Assembly (NCBI GenBank): GCA_002269645.1
Contig: NIVC01000303.1
Span: 186,001 to 250,000, forward strand
Source of the DNA: Macrostomum lignano
Lineage: Eukaryota
DNA length: 64,000 nucleotides
Reading direction: 5' to 3'
In this document: positions 1 to 11,655 of the stretch, one piece after another
Layout of the letters: each line of letters opens with the position of its first letter
Position numbering within the stretch: position 1 is the stretch's first letter
Made by a program: the position numbers and the translations under genes
Notes under the pieces: model-generated
The model's database searches: none
What the model saw: the letters and a program-made list of their open reading frames with translations, nothing else
Told to the model about the DNA's origin: nothing

Positions 1-2070
1 AAGATCCGCCCCAATCTAAGAAGATCCGCCCCCAATCTAAGAAGATCCGCCCCCAATCTAAGAAGATCCGCCCCTAATCTAAGAATATCCGCCCCAATCT
101 AAGAAAATCCGCCCCAATCTAAGAAGATCCGCCCCAATCTAAGAAGATCCGACCCCAATCTAAGAAGATCCGCCCCCAATCTGAGAAGATCCGTGCCAAT
201 CTAAGAAGATCCGCCCCAATCTAAGAAGATCCGCCCCAATCTGAGAAGATCCGCCCCAAATCTGAGAAGATCCGCCCCAAATCTAAGAAGATCCGCCCCC
301 AATCTAAGAAGATCTAAGAAAATCCGCCCCAATCTAAGAAAATCCGTCCCAATCTAAGAAGATCCGACCCAATCTAAGAAGATCCGCCCCAATCTAAGAA
401 AATCCGTCCCAATCTAAGAAGATCCGACCCAATCTAAGAAGATCCGCCCCAATCTAAGAAGATCCGCCCCAATCTAAGAAGATCCGCCCCAATCTAAGAA
501 GATCCGCCCCCAATCTAGGAAGATCCCCCCCCAATCTAAGAAGATCCGCCCCAATCTAAGAAGATCCGCCCCAATCTAAGAAGATCCGCCCCCAATCTAA
601 GAAGATCTGCCCCCAATCTAAGAAGATCCGCCCCTAATCTAAGAATATCCGCCCCAATCTAAGAAAATCCGCCCCAATCTAAGAAGATCCGCCCCTATCT
701 AAGAAGATCCGACCCAATCTGAGAAGATCCGCCCCAATCTAAGAAGATCCGCCCCAATCTGAGAAGATCCGCCCCAATCTAAGAAGATCCGACCCCAATC
801 TAAGAAGATCCGCCCCCAATCTAAGAAAATCCGCCCCAATCTAAGAAAATCCGCCCCAATCTAAGAAGATCCGCCCCAATCTAAGAAGATCCGCCCCCAA
901 TCTAAGAAGGTCCGCCCCCAATCTAAGAAGATCCCCCCCCAATCTAAGAAGATCCGCCCCAATCTAAGAAGATCCGCCCCAATCTAAGAAGATCCACCCC
1001 AATCTAAGAAGATCCCCCCCCAATCTAAGAAGATCCGCCCCAATCTAAGAAGATCCGCCCCAATCTAAGAAGATCCCCCCCCAATCTAAGAAGATCCGCC
1101 CCAATCTAAGAAGATCCGCCCCAATCTAAGAAGATCCGCCCCAATCTAAGAAGATCCGCCCCAATCTGAGAAGATCCGCCCCAATCTAAGAAGATCCGCC
1201 CCAATCTGAGAAGATCCGCCCCAATCTGAGAAGATCCGCCCCAATCTAAGAAAATCCGCCCCAATCTGAGAAGATCCGCCCCAATCTGAGAAGATCCGCC
1301 CCCAATCTAAGAAGATCCGCCCCCAATCTAAGAAGATCCGCCCCCAATCTAAGAAGATCCGCCCCTAATCTAAGAATATCCGCCCCAATCTAAGAAGATC
1401 CGCCCCAATCTAAGAAGATCCGCCCCAATCTAAGAAGATCCGACCCAATCTGAGAAGATCCGCCCCAATCTAAGAAGATCCGCCCCAATCTGAGAAGATC
1501 CGCCCCAAATCTAAGAAGATCCGCCCCCAATCTAAGAAGATCTAAGAAAATCCGCCCCAATCTAAGAAAATCCGCCCCAATCTAAGAAGATCCGCCCCAA
1601 TCTAAGAAGATCCGCCCCAATCTAAGAAGATCCGCCCCCAATCTAAGAAGATCCGCCCCAATCTAAGAAGATCCGCCCCCAATCTAGGAAGATCCGCCCC
1701 TATTCTAAGAATATCCGCCCCAATCTAAGAAGATCCGCCCCCCCAATCTGAGAAGATCCGCCCCCCCAATCTGAGAAGATCCGCCTCCCCCCTATCTCAG
1801 AAGATCCGCCCCCCCCATCTCAGAAGATCCGCCCCCCCATCTCAGAAGATCCGCCCCCCATCTCAGAAGATCCGCCCCCCCCCATCTCAGAAGATCCGCC
1901 CCCCATCTCAGAAGATCCGCCCCCCCCCATCTCAGAAGATCCGCCCCCCCATCTCAGAAGATCCGCCCCCCATCTCAGAAGATCCGCCCCCCATCTCAGA
2001 AGATCCGCCCCCAATCTGAGCAGATCCGCCCCAATCTGGAAAATCCGCCCCCAACCTGACAAATCCGCCG
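1..2070. repeat. Minisatellite, ~20-21 bp unit AAGAAGATCCGCCCCAATCT (runs off the left edge)
   Basis: About 100 near-identical units read directly; C-run length varies and the unit drifts to CCCCCCATCTCAGAAGATCCG after ~1790. Confidence 0.98.
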
Positions 2071-2489
2071 AATACCCTGGGAAAATCTGTCATTTATCTT
2101 AAGGATTCCGACTAAATCGCTTAATACGCTGAATCCCCATCATCTCATCATCAGTAGGAATCAGAGTCTACCTGACCAATTCCTTTAGCCTCAAGTTTAA
2201 TATATCAGAGGCAACTTGGAAAATTCGAACCCTGACACGTTGAAATCGTAATATATCAGGTTGGAAAATTTCAGCATATCGACACTAGCGGCCATCTACA
2301 GCTTGCACCTGGCTCTCTTTTAGACCCCTTTCTAGAATATAATTACTTCTTCGCGAAGGTTGCACGTTGTGTGTGTGTCTTTCAATAATAGAGCTAGCGA
2401 AATATTTTATTATAAACACCTGAGTGCAGGTGCGCAGCAAGGGGCAGGGAGGCGAGGGGGGGCGCCCCCCACAATAGGCTGGTTAAAAG

Positions 2490-3150
2490 TTAGGACGCCT
2501 CTTGTTGCTGGCGCCCCTTGGTGCTGGCGCCCCTTGGTGCTCTGGCGCCCCTTGGTGTTCTGGCGCCCCTTGGTGCTGGCGCCACTTGGTGCTGGCGCCC
2601 CTTGGTGCTCTGGCGCCCCTTGGTGCTCTGGTGCCCCTTGGTGCTCTGGCACCCCTTGGTGTTCTGGCGCCCCTTGGTGCTCTGGCGCCCCTTGGTGCTC
2701 TGGCGCCCCTTGGTGCTGGCGCCACTTGGTGCTGGCGCCCCTTGATGCTCTGGCGCCCCTTGGTGCTCTGGCGCCCCTTGGTGCTCTGGTGCCCCTTGGT
2801 GCTCTGGCACCCCTTGGTGTTCTGGCGCCCCTTGGTGCTCTGGCGCCCTTGGTGCTCTGGCGCCCTTGGTGCTCTGGTGCCCCTTGGTGCTCTGGCACCC
2901 CTTGGTGTTCTGGCGCCCCTTGGTGCTCTGGCGCCCTTGGTGCTCTGGCGCCCTTGGTGCTCTGGTGCCCCTTGGTGCTCTGGCACCCCTTGGTGTTCTG
3001 GCGCCCCTTGGTGCTCTGGCGCCCTTGGTGCTCTGGCGCCCTTGGTGCTCTGGCGCCCTTGGTGCTCTGGCGCCCTTGGTGCTCTGGCGCCCCTTGGTGC
3101 TCTGGCACCCCTTGCTGCTCTGGCGCCCCTTGGTGCTCTGGCGCCCCAAC
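2490..3150. repeat. GC-rich minisatellite, 17-18 bp unit CTCTGGCGCCCCTTGGTG
   Basis: Tandem units read directly; the ORFs in all six frames (GAPWCS/GAPEHQ) are repeat translations. Confidence 0.97.
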
Positions 3151-3559
3151 GATTCTTCCCAATCGAAAAACCTGCCTATGGCCCAATGCAATCACACTTG
3201 CAGCCTTCGTTATGCATACTTAAATCGATTTAATTATTGTACACTCGCAGAAACTATCAAAGCAACAATTGCATCTTGGCTACACATTCATTAGAGATTG
3301 GTTATATTAATCAATGTCAGTCAAAAATGAAGCTATAGCAGTTTCCGATGGCGTGTAGGGTTCAGAATGATTCAAGAATGCTGGGAAGGAGATTGCAATG
3401 AAAGATGATGGCGCATCGACGATGGTACCTGGCATATATAGGCAGATATGAAAATATGCAGCTTTGACAGTTGAAAAACAGACTGCAGTTGGGTTAATAT
3501 CAGTATGTATCAATAGTAATTAAACAGGTACATCATTTTGGAAAGTCTGTGATAATAAA

Positions 3560-4415
3560 GTAGATACAGTCATAATAGAGTAGATACAGTGAGAATAGAG
3601 AAGATCAACAGTGAGAATAGAGAAGAGACAATGAGAATAGAGAAGATCAACAAGTGAGAATAGAGGAGACAGTGAGAATAGAGAAGATCAACAGTGAGAA
3701 TAGAGAAGATCGACAGTGAGAATAGAGAAGATGCAGTAAGAATAGAGAAGAGACAATGAGAATAGAGAAGATCGACAGTGAGAATAGAGAAGAGACAGTG
3801 AGAATAGAGAATATGCAGTAAGAATAGAGTAGAGACAGTGAGAATAGAGAAGAGAAAATGAAAATAGAGAAGATCGACAGTGAGAATAGAGAAGATGCAG
3901 TAAGAATAGAGAAGAGACAATGAGAATAGAGAAGATCAACAGTGAGAATAGAGTAGAGACAGTGAGAAGAGAGTAGAGACAGTGAGAAGAGAGTAGAGAC
4001 AGTGAGAAGAGAGTAGAGACAGTGAGAAGAGAGCAGAGACAGTGAGAATAGAGAAGATCAACAGTGAGAAGAGAGTAGAGACAGTGAGAAGAGAGTAGAG
4101 ACAGTGAGAATAGAGACGAGACAGTGAGAATAGAGAAGATCAACAGTGAGAAGAGAGTAGAGACAGTGAGAAGAGAGTAGAGACAGTGAGAAGAGAGTAG
4201 AGACAGTGAGAAGAGAGTAGAGACAGTGAGAAGAGAGCAGAGACAGTGAGAATAGAGAAGATCAACAGTGAGAAGAGAGTAGAGACAGTGAGAAGAGAGT
4301 AGAGACAGTGAGAATAGAGACGAGACAGTGAGAATAGAGAAGATCAACAGTGAGAAGAGAGTAGAGACAGTGAGAAGAGAGCAGAGACAGTGAGAATAGT
4401 GAAGAGAAAACATGA
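3560..4415. repeat. Purine-rich minisatellite, 20-22 bp units (GAGAATAGAGAAGAGACAGT variants)
   Basis: Tandem units with interleaved variants, read directly. Confidence 0.96.
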
Positions 4416-4507
4416 GAAAAGACTCAATGAGTCAGTCTAACTCCAAAACAAACTCTCAACCACACTAAACACAGATTTTCAACGGACAAACGGACTCAGA
4501 AGACGCC

Positions 4508-4936
4508 ATGCCACCAATCTATTCAAGCCAATCTATGAATGGCAGCTCAAAGTCTTTGACGAATAACCATCAACAGCTCAGTGACCGTGCTCACTTGATG
4601 CAACCGCCGCCACCGCCACCGCCGCTGTACCCCATGGAGCATCACGAGCATCAGCTGTTGCAACCAGACTTACTCGCATGCCATCAGCTGCACGAACAGC
4701 CTCATCAAACCGGCTACTTCTGTCCAGAGCCGTCTACAGCTGCCGCCTCTATGGAGCAACCATTCTACTATCAGAATCAGCCTCAGAATGAGTTACATCC
4801 TGCTGACTTTTATCAGGATGCACCATTCGAGTATCACAGTCTGTACGATTCCTCTGTTGTGTCGGGTTCTTGTCAGCAGCAGCAGCAGCATCATCAAGGA
4901 TTAAATTATTTTGATCCAACATCCGTCGCCTTTTCT
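4508..4936 (+). CDS. da: E-protein (daughterless/TCF4-like) bHLH gene, first coding exon (Q/P/H-rich)
   Basis: ATG at 4508; 429 nt ending at GTAAGT donor (4937), phase 0, in frame with downstream exons leading to the bHLH. An in-frame AG acceptor at 4473-4474 means the true start could lie upstream. Confidence 0.75.
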
Positions 4937-4969
4937 GTAAGTTTCTTTCCGGGAAGGAAGGAGTGAATA

Positions 4970-5450
4970 TTTACTGTTTACAGTGACTATTTACACTTTA
5001 GAGTGACTATTTACACTTTAGAGTGACCATTTACTGTTTAGAGTGACTATTTAATGTTTAGAGTGACTGTTTACTGTTTAGAGTGATTATTTACTGTTTA
5101 GAGTGACTGTTTACTGTTTAGAGTGACTATTTACTGTTTAGAGTGATTATTTACTGTTTAGAGTGACTGTTTACTGTTTAGAGTGACTATTTACTGTTTA
5201 GAGTGACTATTTAATGTTTAGAGTGACTGTTTACTGTTTAGAGTGATTATTTACTGTTTAGAGTGACTGTTTACTGTTTAGAGTGACTATTTACTATTTG
5301 GAGTGACTATTTACACTTTAGAGTGACTATTTACTGTTTAGAGTGACTATTTACTGTTCGGAGTGAAACTTAAAGACTATTTACTGCTTAGAGTGACTGT
5401 TTACTGTTTAGAGTGACTATTTACTGTTTAGAGTGACATTTGAAAGTTTT
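4970..5450. repeat. Intronic minisatellite, 20 bp GAGTGACTATTTACTGTTTA
   Basis: About 22 tandem units inside intron 4937-5490. Confidence 0.96.
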
Positions 5451-5490
5451 GAGTGACGTTGAGTACATATTGCACTTTTTCTTAATCCAG

Positions 5491-5541
5491 GATCCAGCTA
5501 GGTCGGATTTCTATGCTTATCAGCAGCACTACTATCAGCAG
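5491..5541 (+). CDS. da: E-protein exon 2 (DPARSDFYAYQQHYYQQ)
   Basis: TTTTTCTTAATCCAG acceptor, 51 nt, GTGAG donor; phase 0/0; Q/Y content matches flanking exons. Confidence 0.75.
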
Positions 5542-5599
5542 GTGAGGTCTCCCCTCTTAAGTCGCATTCGTTCACCTTATATGAACTTTTAGGTCTAAA

Positions 5600-7622
5600 A
5601 ATCTCCCTCGTTCCAAATCTCCCTCATTCCAAATCTCTATCATTCCAAATATCTCATTCCAAATCTCTCTCATTCCAAATTTCTCATTCCGAATCTCTCT
5701 CATTCCAAATCTCCCTGTTTCCTAATCCTTCATTCCAAATCTCCCTCATTCCAAATCTCTCTCATTCCAAATCTCCTTCATTCCTAATCCTTCATTCCAA
5801 ATCTCCCACATTCCAAATCTCTCTCATTCCAAATCTCTCATTCCAAATCTCTCATTCCAAATCTCTCATTCCAAATCTCTCATTCCAAATCTCTCTCATT
5901 CCAAATTTCTCATTCCAAATCTCCCTCATTCCAAATCTCCCTCATTCCAAATCTCCCTCATTCCAAATCTCCTTCATTCCAAATCTCCTTCATTCCAAAT
6001 CTCCTTCATTCTAAATCTCTCATTCCAAATCTCCCTCATTCCAAATCTCCCTCATTCCAAATCTCCCTCATTCCAAATCTCCCTCATTCCAAATCTCCTT
6101 CATTCCAAATCTCCTTCATTCCAAATCTCTCATTCCAAATCTCCCTCATTCCAAATCTCTCATTCCAAATCTCTCATTCCAAATCTCTCATTCCAAATCT
6201 CTCTCATTCCAAATCTCCCTCATTCCAAATCTCCCTCATTCCAAATCTCCCTCATTCCAAATCTCCCTCATTCCAAATCTCCTTCATTCCAAATCTCCTT
6301 CATTCCAAATCTCCTTCATTCCAAATCTCCTTCATTCCAAATCTCCTTCATTCCAAATCTCTCATTCCAAATCTCCCTCATTCCAAATCTCCCTCATTCC
6401 AAATCTCCCTCATTCCAAATCTCCCTCATTCCAAATCTCCCTCATTCCAAATCTCCCTCATTCCAAATCTCCTTCATTCCAAATCTCCTTCATTCCAAAT
6501 CTCCTTCATTCCAAATCTCTCATTCCAAATCTCCCTCATTCCAAATCTCCCTCATTCCAAATCTCCCTCATTCCAAATCTCCCTCATTCCAAATCTCCCT
6601 CATTCCAAATCTCCCTCATTCCAAATCTCCCTCATTCCAAATCTCCCTCATTCCAAATCTCCCTCATTCCAAATCTCCCTCATTCCAAATCTCCCTCATT
6701 CCAAATCTCCCTCATTCCAAATCTCCCTCATTCCAAATCTCCCTCATTCCAAATCTCCCTCATTCCAAATCTCCCTCATTCCAAATCTCCCTCATTCCAA
6801 ATCTCCCTCATTCCAAATCTCCCTCATTCCAAATCTCCCTCATTCCAAATCTCCCTCATTCCAAATCTCCCTCATTCCAAATCTCCTTCATTCCAAATCT
6901 CTCATTCCAAATCTCCCTCATTCCAAATCTCTCATTCCAAATCTCTCATTCCAAATCTCTCATTCCAAATCTCTCTCATTCCAAATTTCTCATTCCAAAT
7001 CTCCCTCATTCCAAATCTCCCTCATTCCAAATCTCCCTCATTCCAAATCTCCTTCATTCCAAATCTCCTTCATTCCAAATCTCCTTCATTCCAAATCTCC
7101 TTCATTCCAAATCTCCTTCATTCCAAATCTCTCATTCCAAATCTCCCTCATTCCAAATCTCCCTCATTCCAAATCTCCCTCATTCCAAATCTCCTTCATT
7201 CCAAATCTCCTTCATTCCAAATCTCCTTCATTCCAAATCTCCTTCATTCCAAATCTCCTTCATTCCAAATCTCCTTCATTCCAAATCTCCCTCATTCCAA
7301 ATCTCCCTCATTCCAAATCTCCCTCATTCCAAATCTCCCTCATTCCAAATCTCCCTCATTCCAAATCTCCCTCATTCCAAATCTCCCTCATTCCAAATCT
7401 CCCTCATTCCAAATCTCCCTCATTCCAAATCTCCCTCATTCCAAATCTCCCTCATTCCAAATCTCCCTCATTCCAAATCTCCCTCATTCCAAATCTCCCT
7501 CATTCCAAATCTCCCTCATTCCAAATCTCCCTCATTCCAAATCTCCCTCATTCCAAATCTCCCTCATTCCAAATCTCCCTCATTCCAAATCTCCCTCATT
7601 CCAAGTCATCCTCATTCCAAAT
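5600..7622. repeat. Intronic minisatellite, 14/16 bp CATTCCAAATCTC(CC)T
   Basis: About 2 kb of tandem units filling intron 5542-7643 up to ~20 nt before the acceptor. Confidence 0.98.
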
Positions 7623-7643
7623 CGCCTCACCCTACTTCCCCAG

Positions 7644-8311
7644 CAACAGCACCATTTGCCGCCGGCACCTCCGCTGCCGCCACAGCCACCGCAGCTGGTG
7701 GACTCGCAAGTCGCTCAGCCTCCTCCACCATCTCTACGGCCGCAGCCGCAGCCGCAGCCTCAACCGCGGCAGTCAGCGAAGCGACCTGCAAACCCCGCCA
7801 CTGCCGCGGCTCCTCCGATCGCCAAACCGACAGCCAGCCGGCCAAAATCGGCCAAGCCATCGCAGTCGAACAAACAGCAGCAAGCTGTCCAAGCGTCCAG
7901 CCTCGATCCCTCGACATCGTCCACGAAGTCTTCGAAAAACTCGACGCCCCAGTCGGTTCCGCTGCCCAAGCCGAAGCCGTTGCCTAGCAACGGTTACGAG
8001 CGTCGACGCCGACTACTTGCCGATATTAGTCGAACGACAACTGATTCGGCTGCGGAAACTTTTGCCGGCTGCAACAAGGCGCAGCAGCAGAAGAGAGCCG
8101 GCAAGAAGAGGCCGAGCCAAGCTGGCGACTCCACAAGCGACAACCTCAGCGACAATAACGACGCTGACCGACTTGGTAGCGACATGGACGACGACATGGC
8201 CGACGAGGATGCTGAGGACGATGAAGAGGACGAGGACGATGCCAATTTGACTCCGGAGGAGAAGCTGATGCGAGAGAAGGCGCGCCGGCACGCCAACAAT
8301 GCCAGGGAGAG
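7644..8311 (+). CDS. da: E-protein exon 3: P/Q/S-rich region, acidic patch and bHLH basic region (EKARRHANNARER)
   Basis: CCCCAG acceptor, phase 0; ends ...ANNARE-AG|GTGAG (phase 2). LTPEEK..REK.RR.ANNARER is the E-protein signature. Confidence 0.93.
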
Positions 8312-8479
8312 GTGAGGCGGATCTCTCTCCGGGTTGGAAATGCTTTTCAATGTTTCAATATCTTTGCCAAAGTTTCGCTGGGAGATGAACGCAATCTCAA
8401 AAAGATTGAATCATCGGATCAATAATGGATGGGAAGAATTTCCTTTAGTAGGGGAATTCTCCCTAATTGGATGAGATGA

Positions 8480-10030
8480 TTCTTCTCAATCAGATGGAAT
8501 CATCTCACCCCCCAATCAGATGGAAAGATTCCTCCTCAATCGCATGGAAAGATTCCTCCCCAATCAGATGGAAAGATTCCTCCCCAATCAGATGGAAATA
8601 TTCCTCCCCAATCAGATGGAAATATTCCTCCCCAATCAGATGGAAAGATTCCTCCCCAATCAGATGGAAATATTCCTCCCCAATCAGGTGGAAAGATTCC
8701 TCCCCAATCAGATGGAAAGATTCCTCCCCAATCAGATGGAAATATTCCTCCCCAATCAGATGGAAAGACTCCTCCCCAATCAGGTGGAAACATTCCTCCC
8801 CAATCAGATGGAAATATTCCTCCCCAATCAGATGGAAAGATTCCTCCCCAATCAGGTGGAAACATTCGTCCCCAATCAGATGGAAAGATTCCTCCCCAAT
8901 CAGGTGGAAACATTCCTCCCCAATCAGGTGGAAACATTCCTCCCCAATCAGATGGAAAGATTCCTCCCCAATCAGGTGGAAACATTCCTCCCCAATCAGG
9001 TGGAAACATTCCTCCCCAATCAGATGGAAATATTCCTCCCCAATCAGATGGAAAGATTCCTCCCCAATCAGGTGGAAACATTCGTCCCCAATCAGATGGA
9101 AAGATTCCTCCCCAATCAGGTGAAAAGATTCCTCCCCAATCAGGTGGAAATATTCCTCCCCAATCAGATGGAAATATTCCTCCCCAATCAGATGGATGAT
9201 TCCTCCCCAATCAGGTGGAAAGATTCCTCCCCAATCAGGTGGAAACATTCCTCCCCAATCAGCTGGAAAGATTCCCCTCAATCAGATGGAAAGATTCCTC
9301 CCCAATCAGATGGAAATATTCCTCCCCAATCAGGTGGAAATATTCCTCCCCAATCAGATGGAAATATTCCTCCCCAATCAGATGGATGATTCCTCCCCAA
9401 TCAGGTGGAAAGATTCCTCCCCAATCAGGTGGAAACATTCCTCCCCAATCAGCTGGAAAGATTCCCCTCAATCAGATGGAAAGATTCCTCCCCAATCAGA
9501 TGGAAATATTCCTCCCCAATCAGATGGAAAGATTCCCCTCAATCAGATGGAAATATTCCTCCCCAATCAGATGGAAAGATTCCTCCCCAATAAGATGGAA
9601 AGATTCCTCCCCAATCAGGTGGAAACATTCCTCCCCAATCAGGTGGAAACATTCCCCTCAATCAGATGGAAATATTCCTCCCCAATCAGATGGAAACATT
9701 CCTCCCCAATCAGATGGAAAGATTCCCCCCTCAATCAGATGGAAATATTCCTCCCCAATCAGATGGAAAGATTCCCCTCAATCAGATAGAAATATTCCTC
9801 CCCAATCAGATGGAAAGATTCCTCCCCAATCAGATGGAAACATTCCTCCCCAATCAGATGGAAAGATTCCCCCCTCAATCAGATGGAAATATTCCTCCCC
9901 AATCAGATGGAAAGATTCCTCCCCAATCAGGTGGAAACATTCCTCCCCAATCAGATGGAAATATTCCTCCTTAATCAGATGGAAAGATTCCCCCCAATCA
10001 GTTGGAAAGATACCCCTCAATCAGACGCAA
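8480..10030. repeat. Intronic minisatellite, 24 bp CCTCCCCAATCAGATGGAAAGATT
   Basis: Tandem units; translations WKDSSPIR / MERFLPNQ have an 8-aa period. Confidence 0.98.
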
Positions 10031-10166
10031 AGATTCTCCTCTGCAAAATAAAAGTCTTTAACTATAGGAAAATACCCCCTAATCAAACAGAGATTATCGC
10101 CGCAGATCTGTTACAGATTTTGTGTTATACAAAATTCGATAAATATAAAACGGCTCGGCCCAACAG

Positions 10167-10327
10167 GCTGCGAGTGAAAGACATCAATGACGCATTCAAA
10201 GAGCTCGGCAAGGTGGTTGACTTGCACTCGGAATTGGATAGTGGAAGCCAGCAGCCGCCTTTGACAAAACTGGCTGTCCTGCAGCAGGCGGTCAGCATCA
10301 TTGCTTCTCTGGAGCAGCAGGTTCTAG
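10167..10327 (+). CDS. da: E-protein HLH exon A (alternative): [53 protein letters not shown]
   Basis: CAACAG acceptor, 161 nt, phase 2 in / phase 1 out, GT donor at 10328; class I HLH motifs DIN.AFKELG, TKL..L.QAV, LEQQV. Confidence 0.85.
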
Positions 10328-10479
10328 GTTGTACTTTTAAACTATTCGAAAGTACAAGATGAACTCAATTGTTGCTGTGCTGTTTTGTGCCGGCTTTTGA
10401 TTTTGTTCTGGTTTATCGCTGTGTTGTTTTATGCAACGATTTCAAAACATCTGTAGCCAGCCTCGCAAATAAAGCATTG

Positions 10480-10760
10480 GAATGCATTGCTAATCTATAG
10501 CCAACCTCGCAGATAGAAGATTAGAATGGATTGCTAATCTATAGCCAACCTCATAGATAGATGATTAGAATGGATTGCTAATCTATAGCCAACCTCGCAG
10601 ATAAAGGATTAAAATGGATTTGTAATCCATAACTAACCTCGCAGATAAGGCATTACAATAGGTTGCTAATCTATAGCCAACTTCGTAGATAAAAGATTAG
10701 AATGGATTGCTAATATATAGCAAACCTCAGATAAAGAATTTAAAGGGATTGTTAATCTGC
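10480..10760. repeat. Degenerate ~42 bp tandem repeat between the two HLH exons
   Basis: About 6 copies of CTAATCTATAGCCAACCTCGCAGATA..GATTAGAATGGATTG. Confidence 0.85.
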
Positions 10761-10939
10761 TCAGACACATGTAAGGCTACATATATCGAGAGGTCGTATC
10801 CAGCCTGAATGATTAATTACCAGTTTTGGAAACATTTATTCCTTGCGTTTCCATGGTGACAGACGTTTGATGTAAATCAATCAGCTGAATTACAGCCAAA
10901 TAAATCAGAAATCGTTAAACAAAATATCGCGTTCTACAG

Positions 10940-11085
10940 GATTCGAGTTCGGGACATCAACGGCGCCTTCAAAGAGCTGGGCCGCATGACCATGATGCAT
11001 TTGAAGTGCGAGAAGCCCCAGACTAAGCTGTGCGTATTGCAACAGGCTGTGACAGTCATCACAGCGCTGGAACAGCAAGTCAGAG
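10940..11085 (+). CDS. da: E-protein HLH exon B (canonical): [48 protein letters not shown]
   Basis: TTCTACAG acceptor, 146 nt, same phases as exon A; closely matches the Daughterless/TCF4 HLH sequence. Confidence 0.93.
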
Positions 11086-11229
11086 GTTTGCCTGCGCGCG
11101 ATTCTTTATGACTTAATTGATTTTATCAGATAATTTCTCGCGGTGTGCAACATTTTGTTTTGCCGCGGTATTTGGTTTTTTATCTTCTTATCTGCAGCGT
11201 ACATTCAGTGTACCGAGACCGATTCTAGG

Positions 11230-11480
11230 GTCCAAAAATAGCCAGTTTACATTCTGTGTAGCCATAACCCTAGTTTCTAAAAATAGCTAGAGTGTACATT
11301 CAAAGCAGCCTTAACCCTAGTTTCTATAAATAGCCAGTGTGTACATTCAATGTAGCCTCAGCCCTAATTTTTTAAATAGACGCCAGAGTGTACATTCAGT
11401 GTAGCCTCAACCCTAGTTTCTAAAAATAGCCAGAGTGTACATGCGGTGAAGCATCAATCTTAGTGTCCAAAAATAGATCA
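11230..11480. repeat. Degenerate ~46 bp intronic tandem repeat
   Basis: Recurrent AAAAATAGCCAGAGTGTACATTCAGTGTAGCCTCAACCCTAGTTTCT-like units. Confidence 0.75.
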
Positions 11481-11565
11481 GAAAATTTAGGCGTAATGTA
11501 CATTCTGTTTAGCATCAAAGTTACAAAGTTATCACGACAACTATAAACCCATCTGTTCCGCTCAG

Positions 11566-11655
11566 AGCGCAATCTGAACCCCAAAGCAGCCTGTCTGAAG
11601 CGCAGGGAGGAGGAAAAATCCAGCGATCACGAGTTTCCAGGGCCTTCGGGAGAGA
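11566..11655 (+). CDS. da: E-protein post-HLH exon (ERNLNPKAACLKRREEEK...)
   Basis: CTCAG acceptor, phase 1; ERNLNPKAACLKRREEEK is the conserved E-protein C domain. Donor at 11656 or 11661. Confidence 0.93.

Noticed and set aside
3300-3530. Possible upstream coding exon of the bHLH gene ending at CAG|GTAC (3527)
   Set aside because: In-frame TAA at 3495-3497 and no ATG after it in the required phase; at most a UTR exon.
5600-7622. Idea that intronic arrays are selected to avoid AG/GT dinucleotides
   Set aside because: True for this unit, but the 20-bp and 24-bp intronic units contain many AG and GT (even CAGGT), so there is no general rule.
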